A stretch of 64,000 bases of DNA from Myxococcota bacterium (GTDB taxonomy: Bacteria > Myxococcota_A > Polyangia > Nannocystales > Nannocystaceae), in assembly GCA_039028615.1 (NCBI GenBank), contig JBCCHT010000007.1, forward strand, positions 160,001 through 224,000. The letters run 5' to 3'. The notes below the pieces were generated by a model. It searched no databases, was not told the DNA's origin, and saw nothing but the letters and a program-made list of their open reading frames with translations. Positions 1 to 10,916 of this stretch are shown here, piece by piece; position 1 is the first letter of the stretch, and the number at the start of each line of letters is the position of its first letter. Made by a program: the position numbers and the translations under genes.

Positions 1-1231
1 AGCCCGAGCGCAGCGTGGCCTTGGTCCGCTCGGCGATGGTGTCGACCAGCTTGCGATACAGGGTGTTGGTGCCCGGATCCCCGAACTGCGAGGCGATGGT
101 GCCGTAGACCGGCATCTGCTCCTCGGATTCCTCCCAGCGCTGGCGGTTACGCTTGACCTGCTTGCGCACGTCACGGAGCGCATCGAGCGAGCCCCGCTTG
201 TCGAACTTGTTGATCGCGATGACGTCGGCGAAGTCGAGCATGTCGATCTTCTCGAGCTGCGTGGCCGCGCCGTACTCGGCGGTCATCACGTAGAGCGAGA
301 CGTCGCTGTGGTCGGCGATCTCCGTGTCGGACTGGCCGATGCCCGAGGTCTCGACGACCACCAGGTCGTAGCCCGCGGCCCGACAGATATCGATGGACTC
401 GCGGACGTAGCGGGACAGCGCCAGGTTGCTCTGCCGGGTGGCGAGCGAGCGCATATAGACCCGCGAGTTCGAGATGGCGTTCATGCGGATGCGATCGCCC
501 AGCAGCGCCCCGCCCGTGCGGCGCTTGGAAGGATCGACGGAGATGATGGCGATCGACTCCTCCTCGAAATCGGTGAGGAAACGACGCACGAGCTCGTCGA
601 CCAGCGAGGACTTGCCCGAGCCACCCGGTCCGGTGATGCCCAGCACGGGGATCGCCTCGGATTTTTCGGGCAGGTGCTTCACGAGGTCGGCGTAGGCATC
701 GGGCTGATTTTCCGCCGTGGAGATCAGCTTGCCGATGACCTGAGGGTCACGCTCCTGCAGCGACTTCACCTGCTCGACCGAAGGCGCGGTGGTAGCGAAA
801 TCGCACTGCCGCAGCAGATCGTCGATCATCCCCTGCAGGCCCATCTGCCGCCCGTCGTCCGGGGAGTAGATCCGCGTGATGCCGTAGTCGTGCAGCTCCT
901 GGATCTCGGTGGGGAGGATGGTGCCGCCGCCTCCGCCGAAGATCTTCGTCTTGGCGCCCGCCTCCTTCAGGAGGTCGTGCATGTACTTGAAGAACTCGAC
1001 GTGTCCGCCCTGGTACGAGGTGATCGCGATGCCCTGCACGTCCTCTTGGATTGCGCAGCGCACGATCTCCGCGACGGAGCGGTTGTGGCCCAGGTGGATC
1101 ACCTCCGCGCCCGAAGACTGGAGGATCCGTCGCATCACGTTGATGGCGGCGTCGTGACCGTCGAAGAGCGAGGCCGCCGTGACGAGGCGAATGTGATTTT
1201 CGGGGCGATACGGAGTCGGGAGTCCATCCAC
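1..1231 (-). CDS. icmF: Fused isobutyryl-CoA mutase/MeaB-like GTPase, 5' part only (runs off the window start)
   Basis: Manual translation from GTG 1231 gives [38 protein letters not shown] (B12-binding DxH motif), followed by P-loop [18 protein letters not shown] upstream. Not in the ORF track. Confidence 0.9.
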   Translation of the reverse strand, partial: MDGLPTPYRPENHIRLVTAASLFDGHDAAINVMRRILQSSGAEVIHLGHNRSVAEIVRCAIQEDVQGIAITSYQGGHVEFFKYMHDLLKEAGAKTKIFGGGGGTILPTEIQELHDYGITRIYSPDDGRQMGLQGMIDDLLRQCDFATTAPSVEQVKSLQERDPQVIGKLISTAENQPDAYADLVKHLPEKSEAIPVLGITGPGGSGKSSLVDELVRRFLTDFEEESIAIISVDPSKRRTGGALLGDRIRMNAISNSRVYMRSLATRQSNLALSRYVRESIDICRAAGYDLVVVETSGIGQSDTEIADHSDVSLYVMTAEYGAATQLEKIDMLDFADVIAINKFDKRGSLDALRDVRKQVKRNRQRWEESEEQMPVYGTIASQFGDPGTNTLYRKLVDTIAERTKATLRSG

Positions 1232-1419
1232 GGCCTCTCGGGGATACCCCACGGTCCGGGGGGCGTCCACGAGGCGCCACACAGGCGCCGCTTGGGCCCG
1301 GGCGAAGAGGATTTCACGCCTCTGGGCCGCTCCCTGGCCCCATGCATGCCCCGGGGGTGCATGACCGCGCGGTTTTCCGGCCGGCCCCGTCCGGCCTCGG
1401 GCCGCGGCCCCGGCCGCCG

Positions 1420-3672
1420 CTAGCGCTTGACCGTGTAGTCGACGACCAGCATCGTCGCGTCGCCGCCGTCCTCGTCGTCGTAGTGACGCAGGTAGACGTA
1501 GGGCGAGAACGAGTAGCGGTACTGCGAGTACTCATCGTTCGGAGTCTCCGGGTCGTCGAGCAGCGGCGGCGCATCACCGTTGATGGTGGTGCTGGTCTCC
1601 AGCCGGGTCGAGTAGCCGCGGTTGACCCCCACGCTCGCGCCGCCCTCGAACTGGAAGCCCGCCGCGCTGATGCCGGCCGAGGCTTCGAGCGACAGGCCCT
1701 GCATCGAGGAGACCTGCTCCGACTCGGACATCGTCATGCGGAAGTTGGCGCGGGCGACATCGGATGCCCACAGGTCGAGCGTGGGCGGGAAGAGCATGTC
1801 GTCGGCGGCGATGGGGCTGCCGTCGGGCAACATGGGCTCGCCGTCGTAGGTGCTGGGATCGCCGACGTCGTGATGGTGGTTGTCGGCGTAGGGCCCGTAA
1901 CCCAGCGCATCGATGACCGCGTCGTAGCGATGCGACGACCACACCGTGGTGCCGCCGCCCACGGGGACCGCGACCAGGAAGCTCTCGTCGCGAGCCTCGG
2001 GCTCGGCGAGCCCGGCCGGGTCGTCGACGACGTACTCGAAGCCCTCGTAGCAGCCCCAGGCGAGCACCACCGCGCTGGCCTGCGGGCCCTGGACCTTGGG
2101 ATCGGCCTGGGCGAGGAAGCCGGACTCGACGGTGGTCGACTCCGACGTCTCGAATGCAGAGCTGGTGGTGGCCGCGATGGTGGCCTTGACGCTGCCGCCG
2201 CTGCCGAACAGGCCGCCGCTATAGCCGACCGAGCCGTGCACCCCGAAGGAGACCCCGGTGGTGTTGCTCTCGGACATGGTGGTCGCCGTGCCGAAGCCGA
2301 CGATCGAGCCGTCGGGCGAGTAGCGCCGGTCGTAGGGCGGGTAGTTGAGCACCGCGATGGGAGCCACGCGCCCGGTCATGGGCTTGGGCCCGCTGACGAG
2401 CTCGGCCATGGTCGCGTCGCCGTTGGTGTCGGCCAGCGCCAGGCGGATCGGGTAGTTGTCGTTCCCCGAGGGCTGCCAGGGACCACCCACGAACGAGCCG
2501 CCCCCGTTCCAGTCGATGACCTCGAGCTCGGCGTCGTCGGTCAGACCGATGAGCTGCGCCGGGCCGCCGTCCTCGAGCAGGCCCGCCTCGATGTCGATCA
2601 TCTCGTGGTCCCCCGTGCCCCCCGAGCCCAGCGCGATGATGTCCTCGCCGTCGAGCGCATAGGCGGTGAACCAGTCATCGAGCGCATCGAGCACGCCCGC
2701 GTCGTACATGGTGACCACCTCGGCCAGCTCGTCGCCGTCGAAGTCCCCCACCGCCACGCGCCACGCCGCATACTCGGTCTGCACCTGGATCTGAGCCGGC
2801 TCCGCGTAGCCGTGGCTGACCAGGTTGACGATGACCAGCGTGCCGTAGCCCTGCGCGTCGGTCCCGGTGATGACCAGCTCCGCCCGACCGTCGCCGTCGA
2901 CGTCCCCCGCCGCCGCGTCGTAGACGGTGACCCCCGGGATCGAGCCGCTCATGCACTGCGTCGTGGGCACATGGCACGACGTCCAGTTGCCCTCGGCGCT
3001 CACCGCCAGCACGTCGTCGAGGCTGTTGCCGTCGACGTCCCCCGTGGCCAGGGCGACCGGCACCAACCCCATGTCGAGCGTCGTCTCCTGCGTGGGGTGG
3101 ATGACCCGCACCAGGTGCGACTGCTCGTGTGCCACCGCGACCGCGGCCGGCCGCACGCCCATCATGTAGCCCCCCGCGACGTCGACCGGCGTGTTGCTCC
3201 CCACCGCCGTCGTGTCCTCGAGGCTCACCCCGCCCCCGTTCACGTCGAAGCTCCACAGGTGGTGCTGGCCCCCGTTTTGCCAGTAGTCGATCATCACCAC
3301 TTCGCCGTCGTCGACGAGCGGAATGAGCTGCCCCAATGGAGGATCGGCCCCCACCTGCCCCTGGCAGCGCTCGACCTGGCACACCCCGTCCTCGCAGACC
3401 TCCCCCGACAGGCAGTCCGCGGTCGAATCACACGTCACGTCCTCGAGCTCGTCCTCGGCATCGTCCGCGTCCGGGTCGGGCGGGATCTCGCCGCCGTTGT
3501 CCGGCTCGGTGCCTTGGGGTCCGCCATCGTCGACGCCCCCGTCCGCCGCTCCGTCGGGGCCGAGACCAGCTCCGCCTCCCCGGCCATTCGCACCGTTGCA
3601 GCCCAGCGCAAAGGTCAGCGCCAGCAGGGTCAGAGGAGTCGAGCGGAGGAGGGCTTCGGTGGGTGCGGCCAT
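1420..3672 (-). CDS. Lipoprotein with FG-GAP/VCBS repeats and a Ser/Thr-rich beta-strand C-terminal region
   Basis: Lipobox FALGC; repeats [39 protein letters not shown]. Start moved to ATG 3672. Confidence 0.75.
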   Translation of the reverse strand: MAAPTEALLRSTPLTLLALTFALGCNGANGRGGGAGLGPDGAADGGVDDGGPQGTEPDNGGEIPPDPDADDAEDELEDVTCDSTADCLSGEVCEDGVCQVERCQGQVGADPPLGQLIPLVDDGEVVMIDYWQNGGQHHLWSFDVNGGGVSLEDTTAVGSNTPVDVAGGYMMGVRPAAVAVAHEQSHLVRVIHPTQETTLDMGLVPVALATGDVDGNSLDDVLAVSAEGNWTSCHVPTTQCMSGSIPGVTVYDAAAGDVDGDGRAELVITGTDAQGYGTLVIVNLVSHGYAEPAQIQVQTEYAAWRVAVGDFDGDELAEVVTMYDAGVLDALDDWFTAYALDGEDIIALGSGGTGDHEMIDIEAGLLEDGGPAQLIGLTDDAELEVIDWNGGGSFVGGPWQPSGNDNYPIRLALADTNGDATMAELVSGPKPMTGRVAPIAVLNYPPYDRRYSPDGSIVGFGTATTMSESNTTGVSFGVHGSVGYSGGLFGSGGSVKATIAATTSSAFETSESTTVESGFLAQADPKVQGPQASAVVLAWGCYEGFEYVVDDPAGLAEPEARDESFLVAVPVGGGTTVWSSHRYDAVIDALGYGPYADNHHHDVGDPSTYDGEPMLPDGSPIAADDMLFPPTLDLWASDVARANFRMTMSESEQVSSMQGLSLEASAGISAAGFQFEGGASVGVNRGYSTRLETSTTINGDAPPLLDDPETPNDEYSQYRYSFSPYVYLRHYDDEDGGDATMLVVDYTVKR

Positions 3673-3951
3673 GGGAGAACGTAGGAGGCATACCCACTGA
3701 CGGCGTTTCCATTCATGATGAAACATGAGCGGAGTCACGACTTTGCCCCGGGCACGAAAATGTCCTTGGAGATCAAAGCGTTGGCCGCCGATTTTTGATC
3801 GAAAAAACGTTCGAATGCGGATGAAAGGGCCCTCGCCAGGGACCTCCTCTGGAGTGAAGCGAGCGCGCAAAACGACGCCCCCAACGACGAAGCGGCGAGC
3901 CTCTCGTCGAGGACTCGCCGCCTTCGCTGGAGCCAGAAAACGCTGGCTGAT

Positions 3952-4980
3952 TTACGGGCGCTCAGCCGCGCGGGTCGCCGCGTGGGCACCCACCGCCGCT
4001 GCAGCCGGACCACCCCACAGGATGTTGCCGCGGAAGCCCACGTAGAACATGCCGCTGGAGACCACGCGGAACTCCTCGGGGACTTCTTCGCGGGCGAGCG
4101 GGCTGTCGTATTGGCCGCCCAGCACGATGGCTCCGAAGCCGCCGAGGCCGAAGCCGACGTCGGCCGAGAAACCGACCGGGCCGCGCTGCAGACGGAAGCG
4201 CTCCGCTTCGACATCGTTGCCCACGCGGGTGGCGAGCTTGAACGACAGCGCCGAGGTCACCTCGATGTTGGGTGCCCATCGACCGCGGCCGAGCCAGTAG
4301 CGCATGGCCAGGCCGACGTTGCCCCACAGGTCACCGCCGTCGCTGAAGACGACGCCGCCCTTGGGGCCCATGCTCATGCGGGTGAAGCGAGTCTTGCCAA
4401 CGTCCTCGAACAACGCGGGCAGCGAGACCCAGACGTCGTACTGCGCCCGGGCGCTGTTCCAGCGATCGACGTTGCCTTCGCTGACGTCACCCTGCCGTGC
4501 ACGCAAGGCGTAGGCCCCCATCGCTTGCAGCTCGACGCTGTGGCGGCACGTGGGATCGGCAATGAGACAGCGCCAGCGCGCGCCCTCGGGAGCGGGCGGG
4601 GACTCGGGCTCGAGCCCATGGCGGGCACGGAGCTTCTCGAGATCGGCCTCGGTGTAATAGGGAGGGCCGGAGCGCTCGGTGGCCACGCGCAAGGTGCCGG
4701 AGTCGTCGCCCTCGGCAGCGGCCGTCTCGGCCTCGGTGGTGACCGCTTCTTCGACGGGCTCGGGCTCGGGCTCGGGCTCAGGCTCGGCGACGGGCTCGGA
4801 AGGCGCGACCTCGGCCGTCGCCTCTACCGCAGGCTCGGTCGGCGCGGCTTCGGCCACGGGCTCGGCTTCGGGGGTGGCCGGAGCGGGCGCGACCTCGCCG
4901 GGACGCTGGATCTGCGGTGCCTCGCCGGGCGGGGCCCACACGGACGCCAGGGCCAACAACGTGGGGATGGCGATGCTCAC
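3952..4980 (-). CDS. Secreted/outer-membrane hypothetical protein (Pro/Glu linker plus beta-rich domain)
   Basis: Signal peptide IAIPTLLALASVWA, PEPEPE linker, amphipathic beta strands; GTGA overlap with the upstream gene. Confidence 0.65.
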   Translation of the reverse strand: MSIAIPTLLALASVWAPPGEAPQIQRPGEVAPAPATPEAEPVAEAAPTEPAVEATAEVAPSEPVAEPEPEPEPEPVEEAVTTEAETAAAEGDDSGTLRVATERSGPPYYTEADLEKLRARHGLEPESPPAPEGARWRCLIADPTCRHSVELQAMGAYALRARQGDVSEGNVDRWNSARAQYDVWVSLPALFEDVGKTRFTRMSMGPKGGVVFSDGGDLWGNVGLAMRYWLGRGRWAPNIEVTSALSFKLATRVGNDVEAERFRLQRGPVGFSADVGFGLGGFGAIVLGGQYDSPLAREEVPEEFRVVSSGMFYVGFRGNILWGGPAAAAVGAHAATRAAERP

Positions 4981-5765
4981 AGCGCACCTCCCAGGGCCGC
5001 ACCCAGCACGGCGAGTGCGATGAGCGGACCCGCGGCGACGCCGTGGGCTCGGAAGCCGAAGCTCACCCGAGTGTCTTGGTCGAGGAAGTCACCGGAGGCG
5101 AACAACGCCCCCCAGCCTCCCCAGCCGAAGGCGACCTCGGCGTGCGTGCCGATGAGCGGCACCCCGGAGGTCAGCACCGGGCTGCGAACGCCACCGAGGC
5201 TGAAGTCGATGTGCATCGCATGCGGCCGCTGCGAGAGCCAGATCTGGTTGACCAGCGCGAAGCGGGTCGCGGGCGTGCGCTCGGACTCGGCCGAAGCCAG
5301 GCCGTCGTCGCTCGCCTCCACGGCGACCGCCCCGGTGCCCAGCGTCCAGCTGCCCACGATGCCGATGCCCCACGGATGCCACGCGTGACGCTTGAACATC
5401 AGCGGACGCATGACCATGCCGCCGCGGAAGCCGAAGTGCGCGTAGGGCATGTCGGGCCCTTTGTTGCTGGCAGGCGCTCGCATGCCGGCCGCGACCGCAG
5501 CATCGGCGATCAGCGAGACCTTGCAGTGCGAGCCGTCGACGAAACAAAACGCGCCGCTGCCCAGCGAGAGCACGGGAGTTTTGCGCTTGCGCGCGACGGT
5601 GGAATACGACGAGTCGGACGGAGCGTCGGCCTCGAAGAAGGGACCGAAGTCTCCGTCTTCGTCCGCCGCCTTGGCCACGACCTCGTCGTCGTGTACCGCG
5701 TCGGCCGGAGCAGCCTCGGCCTCCGGCGCCATCACGAACAAGAATGAAGCGAGCAGAGGGGTCAC
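4977..5765 (-). CDS. Secreted/outer-membrane hypothetical protein, probable distant paralog of 3952..4980
   Basis: Hydrophobic N-terminus from GTG 5765, CX6C motif, alternating beta strands, hydrophobic C-tail. Confidence 0.6.
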   Translation of the reverse strand: MTPLLASFLFVMAPEAEAAPADAVHDDEVVAKAADEDGDFGPFFEADAPSDSSYSTVARKRKTPVLSLGSGAFCFVDGSHCKVSLIADAAVAAGMRAPASNKGPDMPYAHFGFRGGMVMRPLMFKRHAWHPWGIGIVGSWTLGTGAVAVEASDDGLASAESERTPATRFALVNQIWLSQRPHAMHIDFSLGGVRSPVLTSGVPLIGTHAEVAFGWGGWGALFASGDFLDQDTRVSFGFRAHGVAAGPLIALAVLGAALGGAL

Positions 5766-6075
5766 GATGAGCCGTTGGGCGGGGTGTATCGGGGACCAGG
5801 GTACACCCAGGCCCGCAGCTCGACGAAACCGCCAGTCTCGTCGTTGCAGCCGAACGGCTCCGTGTGCGCCCAACGGGGATGGATCATCCCGCTTACGCCT
5901 CACAGGCCAAAAAACGCCGACGCGGAAGGGCCGCCGAGCTCGGCCAAGACACGGACCCCAGCCCCTACGGAGCCCGGAAGCCGCCTTCGAACCGAGGTAG
6001 CTTTATGAGTCTTTGCTCACGATCGCGCTAGGAATGCCGTCCTAGGGCCGATAAAATGACCTGCGCCCCTGCGGC

Positions 6076-7113
6076 GTGGACCGAATGCCACGGCCGTCGA
6101 ACATCACGGCGATGAACCCGCCGCCCCCCGACCAAGGTCTGGACTCCATCTCGCGAGATCACACGGCGATCGCTCCGAGTCCAATAGCGGCGCCCGCCCC
6201 GAAGCGCGGTTCGATTCGCGCGATCTCGACGATCGGGCGCTGGGCTTCGGGCGGGGCCCTGGCCGCCGTCGCTTGCGGTCCCGGCACCGCCGCGCCGACC
6301 CGCGCCGATGGATCGAGCACGGGCGCGGCCATGACCCCGTCGAGTTCGACCGGGAGCGCCGACCCGGCCGCCACCACTGCGACCAGCGTAGACGGGACCG
6401 GCTTGGACGAGACCGACTTCGGTGGGTTCGTCGACGACCCCGACATCGCGGTCGGCTTCGAGTGCGACATCTTCCTTCAGGACTGCCCGTCCGGGCACAA
6501 GTGCATTCCGTACGACGACCGGGGAGGCGGGTACCCGACCACGTGGGGATGCGTGCCGCTCGGACCCGAACCGGTCGACCTGGATGAGCCGTGCTCGTGG
6601 GACGGCGCCCCGTTTGCCAGCAGCGACGACTGCGGGGTCGGAGCGCTGTGCTTCGATCACGAACAGACGGACGATCCCTCGGACGACCGCTGCCTTCCGA
6701 TGTGCGAGCGAGAGGGTCCGAGCGAAGTCAGCTGCCGCGACCCGGAGCTGTTCTGCAACTTCACGGGCAACAGCGCCTGGTTCGTCTGTGCTCGACGCTG
6801 CCATCCGCTGCTCGACGACTGCCCCGCGGCAGAAGTCTGCGCCAACAACCCGAACGGGTTGTTCTGCCAAGACAGCCCTCCCGACCCGGCCGGACTCGGC
6901 GAGCCCTGCGACTCCGTCGCGGGGTGCGAAGTAGGCTCGTACTGCATCGGTCCCGCGGCCACCGTCGACTGCGGCGGAGTCGGGTGCTGCACGCCGTGGT
7001 GCATCATCGGCGACGACACCTGCCCTCCCGACCACACCTGTCAGCCTTACTACACCGATGGGAGCGCGCCGCAGGGGCACGAAGGCCTGGGGGTCTGTGC
7101 GTTGCCGCCCTGA
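6076..7113 (+). CDS. Cys-rich myxobacterial-type lipoprotein
   Basis: Lipobox-like AAVAC, S/T linker, CDIFLQDCPSGHKCIPY and CHPLLDDC repeats, GCCTPWC. Start uncertain. Confidence 0.7.
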   Translation: MDRMPRPSNITAMNPPPPDQGLDSISRDHTAIAPSPIAAPAPKRGSIRAISTIGRWASGGALAAVACGPGTAAPTRADGSSTGAAMTPSSSTGSADPAATTATSVDGTGLDETDFGGFVDDPDIAVGFECDIFLQDCPSGHKCIPYDDRGGGYPTTWGCVPLGPEPVDLDEPCSWDGAPFASSDDCGVGALCFDHEQTDDPSDDRCLPMCEREGPSEVSCRDPELFCNFTGNSAWFVCARRCHPLLDDCPAAEVCANNPNGLFCQDSPPDPAGLGEPCDSVAGCEVGSYCIGPAATVDCGGVGCCTPWCIIGDDTCPPDHTCQPYYTDGSAPQGHEGLGVCALPP

Positions 7114-7118
7114 GCCGC

Positions 7119-7865
7119 CTACGAGTGGATGCCGAACAAGACGGTCAGCGCCGTCCGGTCCCAGCACGACCAGTCGACGCTGTTGCTCACGAACGGGTTC
7201 ATGATCGAGTTGGGGTCCTGGTCCGGCGTCAGATCGACCTTGATCCCCTCGTTCGTCCCGGTATGTGCCAAGCCCATCGAGTGGCCGACCTCGTGCATCA
7301 CCGTATGCACGACCTCGGGGTCGGACATCGTCAGCAGGCGCGTCGCCAACGTGATGGGCGAGCCGGGATCGACATAGGTCCGACCGTTTTGGACATACTC
7401 GATCTCCGGTTCCGTCCCCACGCCGAGATCATCGACGTTGATGATGTCGTGGTCGGGGTTGTGCGTGTCCTGGATCTTGATGTCGATGGAGTGTGCGCGG
7501 CCCCATGGATCCGCGGGACAGTCGCGGTAGTCGTCTTCGACCACGAATCGATAGCGGAGCAGCAGGTGCTCGTCGCTCCATTTCTGAGCGGCTCGAACGA
7601 TGTTGTTGCGCAGCGAGGTGTACTGAGTCTGGGTAATGTCGCCGATGTCTCGGGCCGCGATGACGTCGTTGAGGCCGAGGCAGAGCACCATCTTCGCGCC
7701 GCCCGATAGCCGCGGCAGGTCGACGAACGGCGAATACCGCCGCTGTCGAAAAGTAGAATCCTCGGACACCGCAGCCTCGTCGCAGCCGACGCCCGAGATT
7801 GCGATCAAAGAGGTCAACAGGAGCGCCCGGCGGCGCGATCGCGATCGGCTCGGTTCGATGGTCAT
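7119..7865 (-). CDS. Metzincin zinc metalloprotease lipoprotein (M10/M57-like)
   Basis: HEVGHSMGLAH zinc motif, NSIM Met-turn, lipobox-like SGVGC. Confidence 0.8.
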   Translation of the reverse strand: MTIEPSRSRSRRRALLLTSLIAISGVGCDEAAVSEDSTFRQRRYSPFVDLPRLSGGAKMVLCLGLNDVIAARDIGDITQTQYTSLRNNIVRAAQKWSDEHLLLRYRFVVEDDYRDCPADPWGRAHSIDIKIQDTHNPDHDIINVDDLGVGTEPEIEYVQNGRTYVDPGSPITLATRLLTMSDPEVVHTVMHEVGHSMGLAHTGTNEGIKVDLTPDQDPNSIMNPFVSNSVDWSCWDRTALTVLFGIHS

Positions 7866-7975
7866 GAAGTCTCCCCATCGACGTCGCACCATCGACGCCC
7901 GAGGGTCGGCCACTCGTCGTTCCCTCGGGCGGGGCGCGACCGTCGTGTCCTTGGAGTCACCCCGCGCGCCGGGAC

Positions 7976-9457
7976 TTATTCAGTGCGCTCGTCCAGGTGC
8001 GGCACGATGGCGATGAGCAGCATGCTGGGAATCGTGACCACGAAGGTGAGCGCGAAGTAGGGGCCGTAGCCGAGCGCCTCGGCCAGGGTTCCGCTGGCGA
8101 GCCCCGCCAGGAAGAACCCGATGCTCATCAGCGCGGTGAGCAAGGCCATGTGGGCCGCCTTATGGTCGGGATTGCAGCACCGCATGATGTAGACCATGAA
8201 CACCGCCGTCCCCAGGCCCGCGCCGAAGTGCTCGATGGTGATGATGACGGTGATCGTGCCCAGGCCGATCTGCTCTGGCTGCGGCCAGAAGGCGAGCCCG
8301 GCGTAGAGCAGGTTCAGCACGTTCTGGGCGATCACGAAGGGCCAGATCCACCGCCGTAGGCCGTGCTTGGCGATGAGATAGCCGCCCAGCAGGGTCGCGA
8401 CGAAGGTCGACACCATGCCCACCGTGCCGTTGGCGAAGCCATAGGTGGCCAGGCTGACGTCGAGCTCGCGGTGCAGGAAGGGCCAGCGCATCTTCTGGAG
8501 GAAGGACTCGCCCGTCCGAAACAGGAGGACGAAGGCCAGCAGCGCTCGCACCCGCGGCTGGGCGAGGAACACGACGAAGGAGCGCGCGTACTCGGAGTCG
8601 TGGCGGTCGAGCCAGCGCTGCACCCGGGACAGCACGGCCAGCACCGCGAGCATGATGATCAGCAAGCCCAGGCCGATGATGCCGGGCAGGGTCCGAGCGC
8701 TGAGGAAGCCGTCAGACCCCTCCGCCGCGAGCCCCCACCACTCGGTGCCGTAGCCCCACAGGCCCAGCGCCACCGCGATGCCCACGACGAGCAATGCCCG
8801 GGGACTCACCATGCGTCGCAGCAGCTCGGAGATCGGCTTGCCCCGGGCCTCGGGCGCGGGCAAGGCCCACGCGTGGTAGGCCGTCATCGCGATCATGACC
8901 CCCAGCGAGACGAGCCAGGCGATGCGCCACCCCTGGAGATCGGCGAGCACCAGCAGCGGGCCGTTGATGGCCAGCATCGCCAGCCGATACGCGGCCGCCC
9001 GATAGCCGACGTAGCGCGACTGGTCCTCGGGCTCGAGCGCCTCGAGGTAGTAGCCGTCGACCGCGATGTCGTGCGTGGCCGAGCCCATCGCGATGACCAT
9101 GAACACCGCCGCGACGATCCACGCGGGCGTGTCGACGTCGCCGACCGCGGTGAGCACCGCGAGCAGCACGCAGAGGATGACCTCGAAGCCCACCAGCCAG
9201 CGCCGCTTGGTCTCGTACTGATCGACGAAGGGGCCCCACAGAAACTTGAGGTTCCAGGGCAGGTGCAGGATCGCGGTGAGGCCGAGGCTCGACAGGCTCA
9301 GGCCCATCACCGTGAACAAGGCGTCGGCCGCCGAGTTGACGATGGTGTACGGAAAGCCTTCGCCGAAGTACGTGGTCGTGACCCAGGCCCAGGGGCGCTG
9401 CCACCAGCCACCCGGAGTGGGCGCGGGGCTCGGCGAGGACGGGGTCGAAGAAGACAC
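7976..9457 (-). CDS. AmpG-like MFS permease
   Basis: WVTTTYFGEGFPY, LPWNLKFLWGPFVD and SATHDIAVDG motifs; many TM helices. Start set at GTG 9457. Confidence 0.85.
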   Translation of the reverse strand: MSSSTPSSPSPAPTPGGWWQRPWAWVTTTYFGEGFPYTIVNSAADALFTVMGLSLSSLGLTAILHLPWNLKFLWGPFVDQYETKRRWLVGFEVILCVLLAVLTAVGDVDTPAWIVAAVFMVIAMGSATHDIAVDGYYLEALEPEDQSRYVGYRAAAYRLAMLAINGPLLVLADLQGWRIAWLVSLGVMIAMTAYHAWALPAPEARGKPISELLRRMVSPRALLVVGIAVALGLWGYGTEWWGLAAEGSDGFLSARTLPGIIGLGLLIIMLAVLAVLSRVQRWLDRHDSEYARSFVVFLAQPRVRALLAFVLLFRTGESFLQKMRWPFLHRELDVSLATYGFANGTVGMVSTFVATLLGGYLIAKHGLRRWIWPFVIAQNVLNLLYAGLAFWPQPEQIGLGTITVIITIEHFGAGLGTAVFMVYIMRCCNPDHKAAHMALLTALMSIGFFLAGLASGTLAEALGYGPYFALTFVVTIPSMLLIAIVPHLDERTE

Positions 9458-9504
9458 GCGGGTCGATGATGCCCCAAACCGCGAATTCGCCAAGAAACTG
9501 GCGT

Positions 9505-10806
9505 TCAGCCCCAGGTCGGCAGCGTATGCGACCAGCTGAGCCACGCCGACACCAGCGCGAGCACGACCAGCGCCGCGGCCACCCAGCGCGCGCTCTTCGA
9601 GCCCTGGGCCCAGCGCTGCCACGCCAGCCCCAGGCCGACCGCGAGCAGGGGCATCAGCGGCACCAGGTAGCGGTGGTCCTCGCCCGCTCCGCCGGTCGGC
9701 GTGCGGTGCATGGCCAGCAACACGATCCAGGGCAGCGCGCCCAGCAGCCAGCGTCGCTCGGCGTGCGCGGCGAGCCCGAGCACGCCCACCAGCATCACCG
9801 GGGCCAGCGCGAGCACGCCGGCTCCCTGCCCCAGGCCCCACAGCGACCACGCCCCACCGAGGGCATTGCCCGAGAAGGTGCTGCTGCGCTCGCGGGCGAA
9901 CTCGAAGTTGGCGTGGTGGTCGTAGCCGATGCTCAGCGGCGAGCCGAAGGCTGCATCGTGATAGGCGAAGGTCGCGGCGAGGATCGGCAGCGCCCCGAGC
10001 ACGACCCAGGGCGCCGCGGCGAGCCAGCGCTTGGGGGGCACCGCGCACAGCCCCACGCCGAGCACGAGCAGCCCCACGAGATAGTCGACCGAGCTGGCCC
10101 AGCCTGCGGCGAGGCCCGCCCCGAGCAGCGGCCAGCGATGTACCGCGGGCCAGCTGCCGTCTTCGGCGATGCGCCCGATCCCCGCCTCGAGCCCGAGCAC
10201 CGCCCATACCGCCAGGGCTCCCGCGCTGACATGCGAGAACAGCACGATCGAGTAGGGCCCCCACAGACAGCCCACGCCCAGGGTCATCCCGGCGAACACC
10301 TGAGCGGGTACGGAGAGTTCGCGGCGCCGGAGCAGCAGCACGACCCCCATCACGCCGAAGACGCCCATCGCCGCGCAGTGCACGGCCAGCATCAGCGCCG
10401 TCCCCTGCAAGGTGACCAGGGGCGGCGCGCGTCGGCGCATCCGCTGCACCCGCGCCATGTACGTCTGCACGTAGCGCGGCGCGGCCGGCTGCACCATGAC
10501 CTCTTTTGCCTCGCGGCTGGCCTCGAACAACGCGGGGTCGAGCGCCGATCCGAGGGCGACCGCGGGCGCGGCCAACAACGCCGTGCCGGGCGGGCGATCG
10601 GAGTAGTCCACGCCCGAAAGCCGAGAGCGATCGACCCACAGCGTCAACGCCACGTCTTCACCCAACGCCGTCTCGCCGCGGAGCAGGGCCCGCGACAGCG
10701 CCAGGTGACTGCCGTCGTTGCTGCTCACCAGGCCGGGCGCCGCCCAAAACCACAACACTCCCAGCAGTCCCAGGCACAGCCCCAGGATTCGCCGCGAGTC
10801 GCTCAT
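9505..10806 (-). CDS. Polytopic membrane protein, possibly GT-C-type glycosyltransferase
   Basis: About 10 TM segments; SNDGSH after TM1; YSDRPPG loop; RYLVPLMP near the C-terminus. Confidence 0.6.
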   Translation of the reverse strand: MSDSRRILGLCLGLLGVLWFWAAPGLVSSNDGSHLALSRALLRGETALGEDVALTLWVDRSRLSGVDYSDRPPGTALLAAPAVALGSALDPALFEASREAKEVMVQPAAPRYVQTYMARVQRMRRRAPPLVTLQGTALMLAVHCAAMGVFGVMGVVLLLRRRELSVPAQVFAGMTLGVGCLWGPYSIVLFSHVSAGALAVWAVLGLEAGIGRIAEDGSWPAVHRWPLLGAGLAAGWASSVDYLVGLLVLGVGLCAVPPKRWLAAAPWVVLGALPILAATFAYHDAAFGSPLSIGYDHHANFEFARERSSTFSGNALGGAWSLWGLGQGAGVLALAPVMLVGVLGLAAHAERRWLLGALPWIVLLAMHRTPTGGAGEDHRYLVPLMPLLAVGLGLAWQRWAQGSKSARWVAAALVVLALVSAWLSWSHTLPTWG

Positions 10807-10916
10807 CGTGGATCACGGTATCCCGAATCGATCGGCGCGCAAAGCGGACTCGCGAGCGGTCGTCATCGCGCCCGGCCTGCGCTCCCCGTTCCCGAATTGG
10901 GGTATGGTCCTCCGCC

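Noticed and set aside
308..3684. Plus-strand ORFs 308..1423 and 1342..3684
   Set aside because: Antisense to icmF and the FG-GAP lipoprotein, which carry the recognisable motifs.
9458..10639. Apparent ~390-aa N-terminal extension of the AmpG-like protein
   Set aside because: Arg/Ala-rich alternative-frame read overlapping the real 9505..10806 gene.
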